Origin: Paragordius varius
Taxonomy: Eukaryota; Animalia; Nematomorpha
Direction of reading: 5' to 3'
Length of the DNA: 64,000 nt
NCBI GenBank assembly: GCA_964247055.1
Contig: OZ176053.1
Coordinates: 2,294,001-2,358,000, forward strand
Of the stretch, positions 52,156 to 64,000 are shown in pieces; positions within the stretch are counted from its first letter, which is position 1, and every line of letters begins with the position of its first letter. A program made the translations under genes and the position numbers. The notes below the pieces were generated by a model. That model had not been told where the DNA came from. It saw only the letters and a program-made list of their open reading frames with translations, and searched no databases.

Positions 52156-55100
52156 ACTAAATTTCATAAAAACCCTATTATATTTTTAAATTTTATTAAA
52201 AAAAAATATTTTTTTTATCATTTTGAAAAAGTAATGGTTTGCAAATTTAATGTGTGCGTGCATTCAGGCCAATATATTCAATATTTAGTTTGTATTTGGC
52301 AAGGGGAAGTGTTTATTGTTGTTTAATAAAAATAAGAAATTATTGATAAAATGGCATATCTTATCCCCGTCTGATGATAAAAATCGGATTATAATATATA
52401 TAAAAAAATTACCATTTGTTAAACAAAATTATTTTATTTTTTTTGTTGGCTATCGTTGAATAATCACATAATATTGTATGAAATTACCAAATCAAATTTT
52501 AAATAATTTCTTTTACGTGTCATATAAATTAAATTCGTTTTTCTCAAAAATGTGATTATAGTTTGTTATTTAAACAATAATTATTTATAATGGAGACTTT
52601 TTGTCATTTTTCAAGGATATAGGACAAATTTATTTAGAAACTAATAATATGTAAAAAGAAAAGGTGTGTACACTAATCATATAATTTGTTTAAATCATTT
52701 TTCTCTCTTGAGATTATGACACATCTCTATTCTCCAATAAAAAGATAAAAAATATTCTAATCTGACACTAAATGCAGAAGGAAAAATTGACTATAAATTG
52801 CATTTTTTGTAATCTAACCTTGAAGAGATGTTAAAGGGACCAATTACTCAATAAAAGTGTTTATAAAGAGTATTTAGTAACATCACAAAATTAACGAAGT
52901 GCATTAAAACATTTTAACATGCTTAGGTCATTAGCCTATGAAGAATACTATTAATGAATAATATTTTATCTTTTTTCTTAAAAGAAAAGGCGCTCAAAAA
53001 TAATATCGATACTCAAGATATCTTTTTAAAAAGATTAAAATTTACAGTAAAAATTAAAATTATACGGACAAAACATAAAAAGTAGTCATAAATCACTGTT
53101 TATTGCAAAGTATGGAAAGAGATGTATATGCGTAACACAATCAATTACACTAGGCAACAAATTTTACTGCCAATCGGGTTTTTTGCATTTTCAGATATTT
53201 ACTATCATTTTAATAATAAATCTGAAATAAAAATTAAAATTTCACCTAGTAAATTTTGATTAATTATAATTATGCGCTCTTTATCAAAATTTCACTATAA
53301 AACATTCTTTGGAAATATACAACAAATGCCCATTTGTATAATATCATTCGAAAAAGTAATGAAAACTCTATAAAATGCATACTAATATGTTTTACATCGA
53401 TAGTTAAAATTGGACGTAGGAAGCGATAATAATTAAAATATTTTAAAAACTAATGGATGACAATAGCTCAAATTTTGTGTAGATAGCAATGGATATCTAA
53501 GATAACACAAGAAAGTTTTTTTGATAACACTCAACTATTGCTTTTATATCATTCAAAACAGCCATTTTTAATTTTGTATAATATCCATCATATCAACATA
53601 TATTATTTTATTTAGAGGGCTTATATATATATATATTTCAAAAACTAGAAATATAGTTTTTAAGGAATTTTTGATCTTTTATAGCCATTATTTAATATTA
53701 CAGTTATAACTAAGCATTTAAGTATCCACTGGTAAAATAATAATATACCATTTAGCCTTACACAATTCAAATTTACCCTCAAACAATTCAAATTAACCCT
53801 AAGATAAATTATGCGTTTTTTAATATTAAAAATTACCTATTTTTTATATTTTTAAAAAATTAAATTTTGTTTGAAATACATTACTGAAAAAATAATAAAC
53901 TATGTCATAAGAATATATTTTATATGAATAACGAAGCCCGAAAACACATATTTTTAGAGAGAATTTGAATTGTTCAAGGGTAAAGTGGAATTGTTGAGAG
54001 TGAATTTGAATTGTTCTAGGGTGAATATGATTTTTAAATGGTATAATAATTTTTATTAAAAAAGCAAACCACAAGCATTTCATATTTTTTTAAATTATAA
54101 TATAAATTCAATAATTATATTAAAATAATTTATTTTTAAATTAGTTTGCCTATGAAAATTTGATTTGTTTAAGGGTTGAAAATTAACTTTTACGATCGTT
54201 TATATGGCTAACTATCATTCGAAAGATTCAGTTTTTTGCGCTCTTTCGATTGGTATAAAATAAATGACTCTATATCTAAAACTTTTAATTTCGAAAATTT
54301 CGAGTTTAATGTTCAATCAGAGCCATAATTTTCGATAACCCTAATATTTATGGTGTAACATTTTTTTTTCATATATATTATTTATATACTTGAATTAAAT
54401 AATTTTAAATTTACAAGAATGGCACTTATAAAAGGTTAAAATTTGTTTTATAGTGTTATATTTACAATTGTTTTTTATATATATAAGAAACATTCAGGTT
54501 TTAAAATAGGTTGTGTTTTAAAAGAATTATTTCTTATTTTTGTATGTATCATTTCAATTTTTACTAATTTTTACATTTTTAAGCTTCTCTCTACCATTGT
54601 TTAACGTCAAAATATGTAAATATGTTCTAAATATCCGGGCATTCTGCTACTGCTCATAACAGCAATTTATTGATCCTATAGATTTTATAGATATTACTGA
54701 CTGTTACCTTAGATTTATATGAAATTTAAATGTAAAAATATATTTTTATAAGATTGATATCTAAAATGGATAACATTTTAAATTTGATACATAATTTAAG
54801 AAGTTATTATTCATTTAAATACAATGTAAGGGTTTAGTTAATTATATCTAGCAGAAAGCAAAGGGCTTAAATTCATATGGATAATGTGGAAAAACATCCA
54901 CACTCAATTATACGATGCAAATATTTTTAAGGTTAAATCTAGATATATTTTAACGATATTACTGTAAAATTTAAATTATACAAACAAAATATAAAAATAT
55001 AAAGACAAATATTTTTTCTAAAAGTCATTTAAATCTTGTTTTAACTAAATAAAACACACACATTGTTATAAACTGCAAAGTAGGAAATAGACATGTATAT

Positions 55101-55330
55101 TGGTAACAAAACTAATTATATATTTTATAATTGCAATTAAATATTTAATAGAGGGAAAATTGAAAAGTATGGTTGTCTTTTCAAAAAAATATTTGTCTTT
55201 ATATTTTTGCGTTTTGTTCGTATAATTTCAATTTTTTGTATAACTTTTAAATAAAACTTATCTTTCATATCAAACAATAATTTCGTACGAATAATTTCAA
55301 ATAAAATACAGATATAAGCACGAAAAATAT

Positions 55331-58300
55331 TTATAAATTTTTTATCAATGGATGGGAAAAGCTATACTCTTCATGCTTGAGGTGGAGTTGCCCAATTCGC
55401 TTGTTGTATTCATAATTGTCAAAGAACAAGGTAACTAATTTACAATACAGTACAAATTTTTTGATTATGTATGAAAATTAAAATTATGAAATCAACGTTT
55501 AACCCTTTAAATAAAAATTTAACAATATAACTACGGGTGTTATAGACGCGCAAAATGTATTATATTTTAAATAAATTATTCTTTAAACATCGATTTAGGA
55601 TGCAACTAATCTAAAATTTGAAATCAACATAAATTTATACAAATTATCATTTAAATAAATATAAAAAATTATACTTTCAAACAGTTGAGTCATTAGAAAG
55701 TCCATTTTTCCTTTCATAATGCTGCACAAGGATTTTGCTGCCATAAACTATTAAAGGAATTATATTAATCGTAGATTACAATGTTTGACCACATTTACTT
55801 AAAGTTTAATAATATAGGATTTAATTACTTTCATTTTTATCACATAAAACTTAATTATTCACGGTATGTAAAAACTTGGATATTCTTGTATTTTTTTTAA
55901 CATCCCTTATGCAAAAATATTTTAAAAGATAATATTTACATTTAATTAAAAGGTATAAAAGCCATAAAAGATTTATTTTTATGTACACATAGTACAAAAA
56001 TACCTCATAATCCGAATTCTTTAAGCCCAAACAGATTGAACGTGAGGCCCGACCAATTACAGCAATCAAGGCAAATAACTCAACAAGGTAATCAACTAAA
56101 ACACAAAGAGCTGAATGTTGATGGGTTAGCTCCTAAAAATATAATATATTGGGAAAGATTAAATCTAAATCAATATTTTTAAATATTTTTTAATATAATG
56201 ACCGTCTTGGATTGCGTGTCAAAGAAGTAAAATAATACTGTCAATTAAACATTTCACAGGTGTGCTGATTTAAACTGACTTTTAAAAAAACATTTGTCCT
56301 TAAAATTTTAAGTTTAGTGTTTATAATTTTAAAAATTTTTTTTATACATAAAAAACCATGTACTATTTAATCCTCAATCATTTTATTTAATAACCTTTGT
56401 TTTTGGGTTGCTAAATAAAGAGTAAAGTAGCAAACTGGTTAACTCATTTCCACAAATATAATTTAGGGTCTTAAAACAAGAAATAAAAATGTTTTAAATT
56501 AAATAACTATAAGTTTTTTATATAAAGGCCTAATAATGCTAAATTTACCTAAAAAAATGCTGCTAGAAATATTATTCATTGTAAAAATTAGTCGGGAAAT
56601 ATTATTTTTTTTTTACAAATGATTCATTTTTTTATTAATCTTGTAGTATTTAAAATTAGCGCATATAGTGGTAAATCAATCATCAAATATATACCTTATA
56701 TGACTATATTATATGTGGTATATGGTGTGCTAGATCTTAAACATTAAAACGATATCGTTACTGTTTTTTTGTGTTTTAAGTTAATTATATAATAAATATA
56801 TATTCTAAAAATTATAAGGGTTTGGTAAATATTTCAATATACGTCAAAAGGCACAAAAGTAATGTATATATCATATGATATCGTGTATATAGATTCCAAA
56901 TTTGTAAAGTAAGTCTTTAATAAAAACCATAAAAAAGTATTAAGATTTAGGGTTTCTCGGTTTATGAATTGTAAACTTAATTTAACACATGAAAATCATC
57001 TAAAAAACATCTAAATAGATTTATTAACAAAACTTCACATAATTAATTAATTCCTTAAAAATATATTAGCAGCCAACAATGAATTATCCGTAAAAACGTA
57101 AAAATACAAAAAATAGATTAATAACTAAAAAAGTTTTTCGATGTAAAAAATATCCTTAAACCATTCCATATTTTCCTAGCACTCTTTCAACCATAGAATT
57201 GAATTGACACACTAAATATTCCAAATCTTTTGCGGTTGCGGCCAAATTGGGGTGAACGTAATCCCTCATGGCTGTTTTGTCCGGTGTCACCGTAAATATT
57301 GAATCAAGGCTTAAACTACATAAATAAATATATATATATAGACTTAAAAACTACAAAATAGGATATGCATCATAAATATAAATCAGTTTGAATCGGTTAA
57401 TTAATAAAAAAAGGATTTATAATTTGATTGGCAAAGAATAGAGTTAACATCCCAGTTAAATATAATGACCTTATCAAAATTGTTAAAATCAGGGGTGTTC
57501 AACTCACAGATATCGTCGCAGGCTGCTTTGATAATTTTTGTTTTTTTATTTATTTATTTTAAGCCCAATTTTGAATATATCTCCTAAATAATCTTTTAGA
57601 TATCCAAATTTTAATTAAGAGCACTTTGCATACGAAAAAAGCATGTTGTTTCTATAAATTCAATAGTCGGTGGGTATTTTGGAGCACCCTGAAAGTGAAT
57701 ACCAAAAATAATTATTTTTCTAATAGTGTTTAAAGGTAATTTAATTTTTTTGAGTGGTTGAAAATAAATATTGTTTATAATATAATAATAAAAATAATAT
57801 TTATTTAATAACTGACATAAAAAAATTAAATAACTTTTTACAAAGCTTAAATAATAGAGGAAAATGTAATGAATATTATTACAGTAAAAATAAAAATTAT
57901 ACGGACAATAGGGAAAAATATAAAAATAAAAATGTTTTTTGAAAAGACAACCCATGCTTTTTTATTTATCCGATAAAAATCAATTAGTTACAATCGTAAA
58001 AAACATATTTGCTTAAGTTATCAATTTAAATTTTATTTTAATTTTTAAAACAATCAGTTATATTAATAAAAATCCAGTTTTACAAAGTATGGTTGTCTTT
58101 TAGAAATATATATTTGTCCTTATATTTTTACGTTTTGTCCGTATAATTTCAATTTTTACTGTATTATATTAATAAATGTTCTTAGGACTAAATAAAAGAT
58201 GCGAATCGAATTATTTTGAGAATGGTTATTAGATATTTCGGAGCCGCCTTAAAATGAACCATCAAAAACAATTAGAAAAAATAATTTTTTCGCAAAATTT

Positions 58301-58444
58301 TATATCCGTTTATATAAAAGATCAATTAAGCATATTAAGATCTGTATTTTATCCCTGAGATCGACTCACTGCATATTAATTTTGCATCAATGTGTATATT
58401 TTTATAAGCTTTGAAAATGTATCGTATAATCTTTAACTAAAATG

Positions 58445-58479
<35 letters not shown>

Positions 58480-61400
58480 TATATATATTTCTTACAATTT
58501 AATCCATGAATAATTGTTTTTTAACATGGGAAACAATTCGGGATGGTAAAGGTATCGCCGTATTTTGTGTGATCCTAAAAAATTTAAATTAAATAATTAT
58601 TGAAAAATATCTAAAAAATATACCATTTACAATTCAAATTCACCCTTGAACAATTCAAATTTACCCTAAAAATAAATTATGTGTTTTCGGGGGCTAATAT
58701 AACTAACATTAATATGTAATATATCTTTAATGGCTTAGTTTATTATTTTTCTGTATTATTTTAATTTTAAGCAAAATTTTATTTTGCAAAATATATATAA
58801 ATATAATTTTTGATAAAACACACATATTTTATTTGGTGAATTAGAATTGTTCAAGAGTGAATCTGAATTGTTCGAGAATGAATTTAAATTGTCAAGGGTG
58901 AATTTGAAGTGTAAATGGTATATCTTAATGAAATTTATAATAATAGTTGTTTACAGAATTAATTAATCAATGTATATATTGAAAAAAAACACCTTAAAAT
59001 GGGTTTTAAATATTAATATTAATATCGAATCAAAATAAATAGTATATTGATTGTAAAATTTGAGTAAATTGTACAAATAATAAAAAAATAGATTATAAAT
59101 AAAAATATAATAATTACATTTATATATATTTTAGTAAGCAAACATTAAAACTATATTTAAAATTTATTAAAATATATAAATTTACAAATTTAATTTATAA
59201 TTACTCTCTTGTAAACCAGGCCGTAAAAGTAATGCAGATTGCATGCCTCGTATACCAGTTTCAATTTTCAAATAGCTTAAACTACCCTAAACATAAATTG
59301 GTATTAAAAATGTAAATTTTTTCATTTAAATTAATAAATTAACAATAATTTCGTAAGAATTTGAAATTATAAGAATACGTATTAAATTTTATTATTTTTC
59401 ATAAATATGTAAATTAAAATAATTATATTATCTTTTATAAAAATGCAATATAAATACCCTCCTAAAAACGGATTATTATTATCAATTTGCTTTGAATAAA
59501 ATTATTTTGATCAAAGTTAATTTTGCTATATAATTCCATTAATTTTATAATTTTATTAAAAATTATAAAGATATCTTAATACTTATTCAATAGTTATTCT
59601 ATCAATTCAAAGTAATACAAAACTTAAAGTTTGTTTTGCACTTTAAACGATTATAGTTTGGAATGTTAAAAAGTTTACTTAAAAGGTTTTAAGCGCTTTA
59701 TAACAATTGTAAAAAAGTTTTATTTCTTATTATAATATCTACTAAAGCAATTCTTAGTAAGTTATTTATTGTATGATACAACATACATCCAACCGATCTA
59801 ACATAGCTAAATCCATATGAGATTGGGTTAAAACGTTAGATGTTTGAATAGCTTCACGACCCGTTAAATTATACATGTCATCTAGGATTAGTTTTGAGTA
59901 TTTAGCGGTAAATAATCGAAGGACCGAATCTTCCAATATGCTATTGTAATGATGGTAATCATCACGTAAACCTGTCGAAAAAAAGCATACATAATTTTTA
60001 TTTTGGTTAGAAAAGTTTTTTAAAAGATTATAAATATATTATCATATTTGATACTAATGTATAGTTTGCGAATGAGAAATGATCAAAGATATAAATAATA
60101 TTTAAGAAAAAAATCATAAAAATTCAAAATACTAATTCTATTTTAATCATTTATTATTTAGGAACATTTACAGGCAAGCTAGCAAGTAAATTTTTGGTTA
60201 GTTTTTATATTTAGAAAATATAATATCAATACTTAATAAAAATATTTATTTAACAAATTAGCTGATACCCATTATATATTATATAAAAATGATAAATTGT
60301 GAATTTGATACGTACTAAATTTATTTATTAACGTGACTACTTCATGCAAAATTTTAAAACTGAAATATAATATGCAATAATGGTATACCATTTACAGTTT
60401 AAAACCCTACAATTCGAATTCCCTATAAAATATATGTGTTTTTTAAGACTAAAATTATCTATATTTTTTTTATATATTTAAAAAATGAAATTTCCTTTAA
60501 AATTAATCTAATACTTGAAAAATAATAAACTATGCCATAACAATATATTTCTTATTAATAAAAAGATATATTGGCCCGAACTAGGGTGAATTGTAAATTG
60601 ATATATCAAAAGCAATAGCTTCAACATTTTTACGTAAATTTACACAAAACATAGATAGGAAGTTGAATTTTATAAATAAATGATTGAAATAAACAGTATG
60701 CATATTAATATTGGTCAATTCCCAGTATTGTTGGTCGCCAATTGGTAATACCGCATATGAAAACAAATTTTGTCCAAATTTAAAGTTGTAAAATAAGAAA
60801 TTGTAATTTCAACCATTTTTGTTGTTTTTTACCCATATGCTACTGTATTTGCAATCGACCAAAAATATGTGAATAACCAAAATTAATGTGCACACTAATA
60901 CAATCTAGTCATAATCTCAAAAAACTTACTTAACATTCATAACCATTACGCAGATTTATTTTATAAAAGGTATTCAGAAAATTATTGCAGATATTTTATT
61001 GAAATCAAATCTAAATCTTTTTATTATACTCGCTACGAGATACACCAAACTTTCCATGGCATAGATATAGACTGATGCATGGCCAAGCGTTTCTTGGAAT
61101 GTGGGATATTCCGATATCCTTCGATCAAACATTGTTTCATAATTACTTTTATCGATTAGATTATCTATATATTTATACAATTCATATATAAAAAATTTGT
61201 TGACTTAAGCAAAATGTGTTATTTTATGAAAGATCTGATAAAATTTTTAGCATTTTTTCTCAATAAATTCAAGTCGATTAAGCAAAAGTTAAACAAAACG
61301 CAAATGAAAATAATATATACGACTGCATTATAGTTAAGTCTCGTAAAATAGAGCAATTACCAATAATTATTGAAATTCTTAAGAGAAATATTACATTTTA

Positions 61401-62474
61401 ATACTTGATATATAAAAACAAAAGATTATACTTAATGCGCACACGTAAATTATAACACATATTATTAAAATGAAATATATTTTAATATTTTAAATCACTC
61501 TCATATAAAATTGATAGAACTTTATAATCAATAAATATATTTCTTTCAATCATTTAAAAAGATTAAAATGGTACTTTTACCAATGTTGAATAAAAACTTA
61601 TGATAATTAAGCATATGTACTTGTAAAATTTTTGAGTAAACCAGTATAAAGTAAGGAGTGATTAAATCGTTCATTAGATATTGCCGTTTGTGCCAACTAT
61701 ATTCATATTAAAATAAAAAAAGATAAAATAAAATGATTCCATATTATAAAAAAACAGAAAAAAAGTATACAAAAATTAAACATAAATTATGTAATTAACA
61801 TAAGAAGGCTTAAATAAAAAAATTAATTAACTTGTATAGCCTCATCATCCTGGGCAATTAAATATTGTGGTTGGATTGGTAAATTGTTGAAAATCACATC
61901 ACAAACTATTAAGTATATAAAATATTTTTAAATTTATAATTTCTTGCATTCCTTTAAATCAATTGTTGGGATCCAGTTTATTAAAAATTATTAATTATCG
62001 CTAATTACAAATTAAGAATTTATATAAACCTCGCCTTATAGCCATAAAGTAATCGAATCAATTAACTAAAACGCTTAAAAAATAAAAAATTCCAATACAT
62101 ACCCTTTATAAATATAAATATATATATATATATATATATCAACCCATTCTTTATTTTCGAGAAAAATCTTAATAATATTTAAAATAATTTAAAAAAAATT
62201 GCAACTATTATTGAGAGATGTCGTTTATGTTACCATACTTTGAAAATTATTGAGGCCCAATTTATCGTATGGTTTACTCTTTAATATTGTACTACTATTT
62301 GATTCCGTATCAGTTATGTCAATCAGAAAAGCTCCTAATTTTGGTTTATTGGATTCATCCGCCACGCCTTCCTTACATGAAAAAAGTGGAGAAATAGAAA
62401 TATTTATAATCGTATTTTAAATTATTAATGTAAAAAATGGTAGAATAAAATTTATAATAATAAGCAAAAACTCT

Positions 62475-62532
<58 letters not shown>

Positions 62533-63685
62533 ATAGTTCTAATTCACCCTAAAATAAATTATATGTTTTTTAAGATAAAAAATTACTTATTTTATATTTT
62601 TGATATAAAAAATTCTGATTAATATTAATATAACTGAAAAAACAATAAACTATGTCGTAAAACTATATTTCATATTAATGATGAGTTATATTAGCCCAAA
62701 AACACATAATTTATTTTTAAGGTGAATTTGAATTGTTATAGGGTGATTTTGCAATGTAAATGGTATATATATATATATGCCCTAAAAAGATATTTTTTCT
62801 TCCTATAATAGCAAATATTACACCGGACAATTTTAAATTAAGCTCTTATTAAAAATTAATTAACGATAATATAGCCATAATTAACACAATCTATGAATAT
62901 TTCAAAGTTTATTATATATTTTGTATTCTAAATATATTTTCATGATTGCATGCATATTTTGAAGCATAAACATATTAATATATATGTGAATCTATCAATC
63001 TGATTTATAATTGTCACAAAAAATATTTTTTATAAATTTGTCTCACCTTTGGTTCGCATAACAGTGCAAAAGTTAAAAAGAGATTTGATGAAGGTCCATT
63101 AAAAACCCAAGATTTCTTTCCAATTAACTTGTATCCAATAATATTGGTCGAGTTTGTTGGGTCTCGTAAAATAGTGGCTTTAGTTTGTAGGTTAGCTAGA
63201 TCTAAATTTTTCCTACAAAATTTTATAAAAATATTTTCTTGTTTTTACATTTTTTAGGTAAAAAATGTTTTAGTGATATTATAAATAAACAAATAAATTA
63301 TTTTGGCTTATTTTTTTGGGTTTAAGAAAAAGGAATTGAGATGTAAATTGGACACTTGCTTTTAAACTTTAAATTTTTAATAATTTAAAATATTGAACAT
63401 TAAGGATAAATATAATAAGGCATAAGTTTCGTAATTCAAGTCCTACTGTAAAAATATGCAAAATATTTTTTTTGTATAAATTATCTGACCCAATCTTTCT
63501 ACAATGATTTATAGGATTTAAAATGTTAAATTATATTTTTTCAAATTTTTTTTGAAAAAATGAAATAATAAATAAATGAATTACAAATTTTCTTCATTGA
63601 GTGCGATAGCAGGGCAATATTTTCCATTGGCTATACCAGTTTGACATTCAGAACGAATCGTTTCATCTCTAATTCTGGACATTGT
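55331..63685 (-). CDS. ACAD9: ACAD9/Egm-like acyl-CoA dehydrogenase family protein (complex I assembly factor), 5'-incomplete; 13 exons: 63685-63585, 63212-63047, 62371-62239, 61905-61832, 61696-61621, 61164-61030, 59971-59787, 59286-59217, 58574-58496, 57315-57162, 56132-56004, 55747-55675, 55434-55331
   Basis: Phase-consistent exons translate to YKLIGKKSWVFNG...LFLTFA, AFLID...KPYDKLGL...CDVIFNN, RRISEYPTFQE...YAMESLVYL, VHPNLA...VERVLGKYG, AVIGRASRSICLGLKNSDYE, YSFSHPL*. These are collinear with ACAD9/VLCAD, including the diagnostic C-terminal extension. The gene continues past 64000. Confidence 0.88.
57882..58161. mobile_element. Tc1/mariner-type MITE (TA|CAGTAAAA...TTTTACTG|TA)
   Basis: About 80-bp imperfect inverted arms and a TA duplication. 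Half-copies at ~49625-49675, ~53043-53115 and ~55160-55240. Confidence 0.68.
58621..58920. mobile_element. MITE family A, best-preserved copy, in an ACAD9 intron
   Basis: TA|TACCATTTACAATTCAAATTCACCCTTGAAC...GGGTGAATTTGAAGTGTAAATGGTA|TA, i.e. TA duplicated on both sides. Confidence 0.85.
62479..62527. repeat. (TA)n microsatellite, longest in the window, abutting a MITE-A copy
   Basis: About 24 TA units; shorter runs at ~4449, 8908, 33170, 42668, 44455 and 58446. Confidence 0.9.
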
Positions 63686-64000
63686 CTAGAATCAATCAAT
63701 TATATACACACCATTTAAAACTCAAATTCACCCTTGAACAATTCACCTTAAAAATAAATTATGAATTTTTGGGCTAATATAAGTTTACATTAATATGAAA
63801 TATATCTTTATAACGTAGTATTTTTTTAGTATTATTTTAATTTTAAACAAAATTTTATTTTTTAAAAAAATAAAAAAATATAGGTAATTATCTTAAAAAA
63901 TGCATAATTTATTTTAGCGTTATGAATTGTTTAAGGGTGACTTTGAACTTATGGTATAACAAAGGTTTTTAAATTAACTTTTTTTATATTATTTTATAAA

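Noticed and set aside
54419-54960. Possible small micro-intron gene between the MITE-A copy and the ACAD9 stop
   Set aside because: All splice combinations I tried on both strands gave short products with early stops and no recognisable domain; probably ACAD9 3' UTR or intergenic DNA.
32856-58920. GAA/TTC dyads in MITE repeats as heat-shock or STAT elements
   Set aside because: Spacing is GAA-N3-TTC; an HSE needs GAA-N2-TTC and STAT needs TTC-N3-GAA.

Overview
Very AT-rich eukaryotic (animal, probably protostome invertebrate) genomic DNA; I cannot name the species from sequence alone. I assembled nine intron-aware gene models by hand from GT-AG sites and protein-family similarity: CLIC chloride channel (-), CD164/porimin-like sialomucin (+), LAPTM-like 4-TM protein (+), intronless replication-type histone H3 (-), SLX1 (+), TRMT10 (-), PRMT5 (+, 17 exons over 16 kb), a large small-heat-shock protein (-), and 13 3' exons of an ACAD9/Egm-like gene (-) that runs off the right edge. 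Intergenic DNA and long introns hold many transposon remnants: a decayed 3.35-kb hAT with a perfect 8-bp TSD, a palindromic Harbinger/Myb element, RTE and I-group LINE fragments, and several MITE families. Most striking are (1) at least 12 ultra-short spliceosomal introns of 22-33 nt next to kilobase introns and (2) extremely tight gene junctions: TRMT10/PRMT5 start codons 16 nt apart or overlapping, SLX1/TRMT10 stops 28 nt apart, CLIC/CD164 starts 86 nt apart. All models are unvalidated predictions and coordinates may be off by a few bases.
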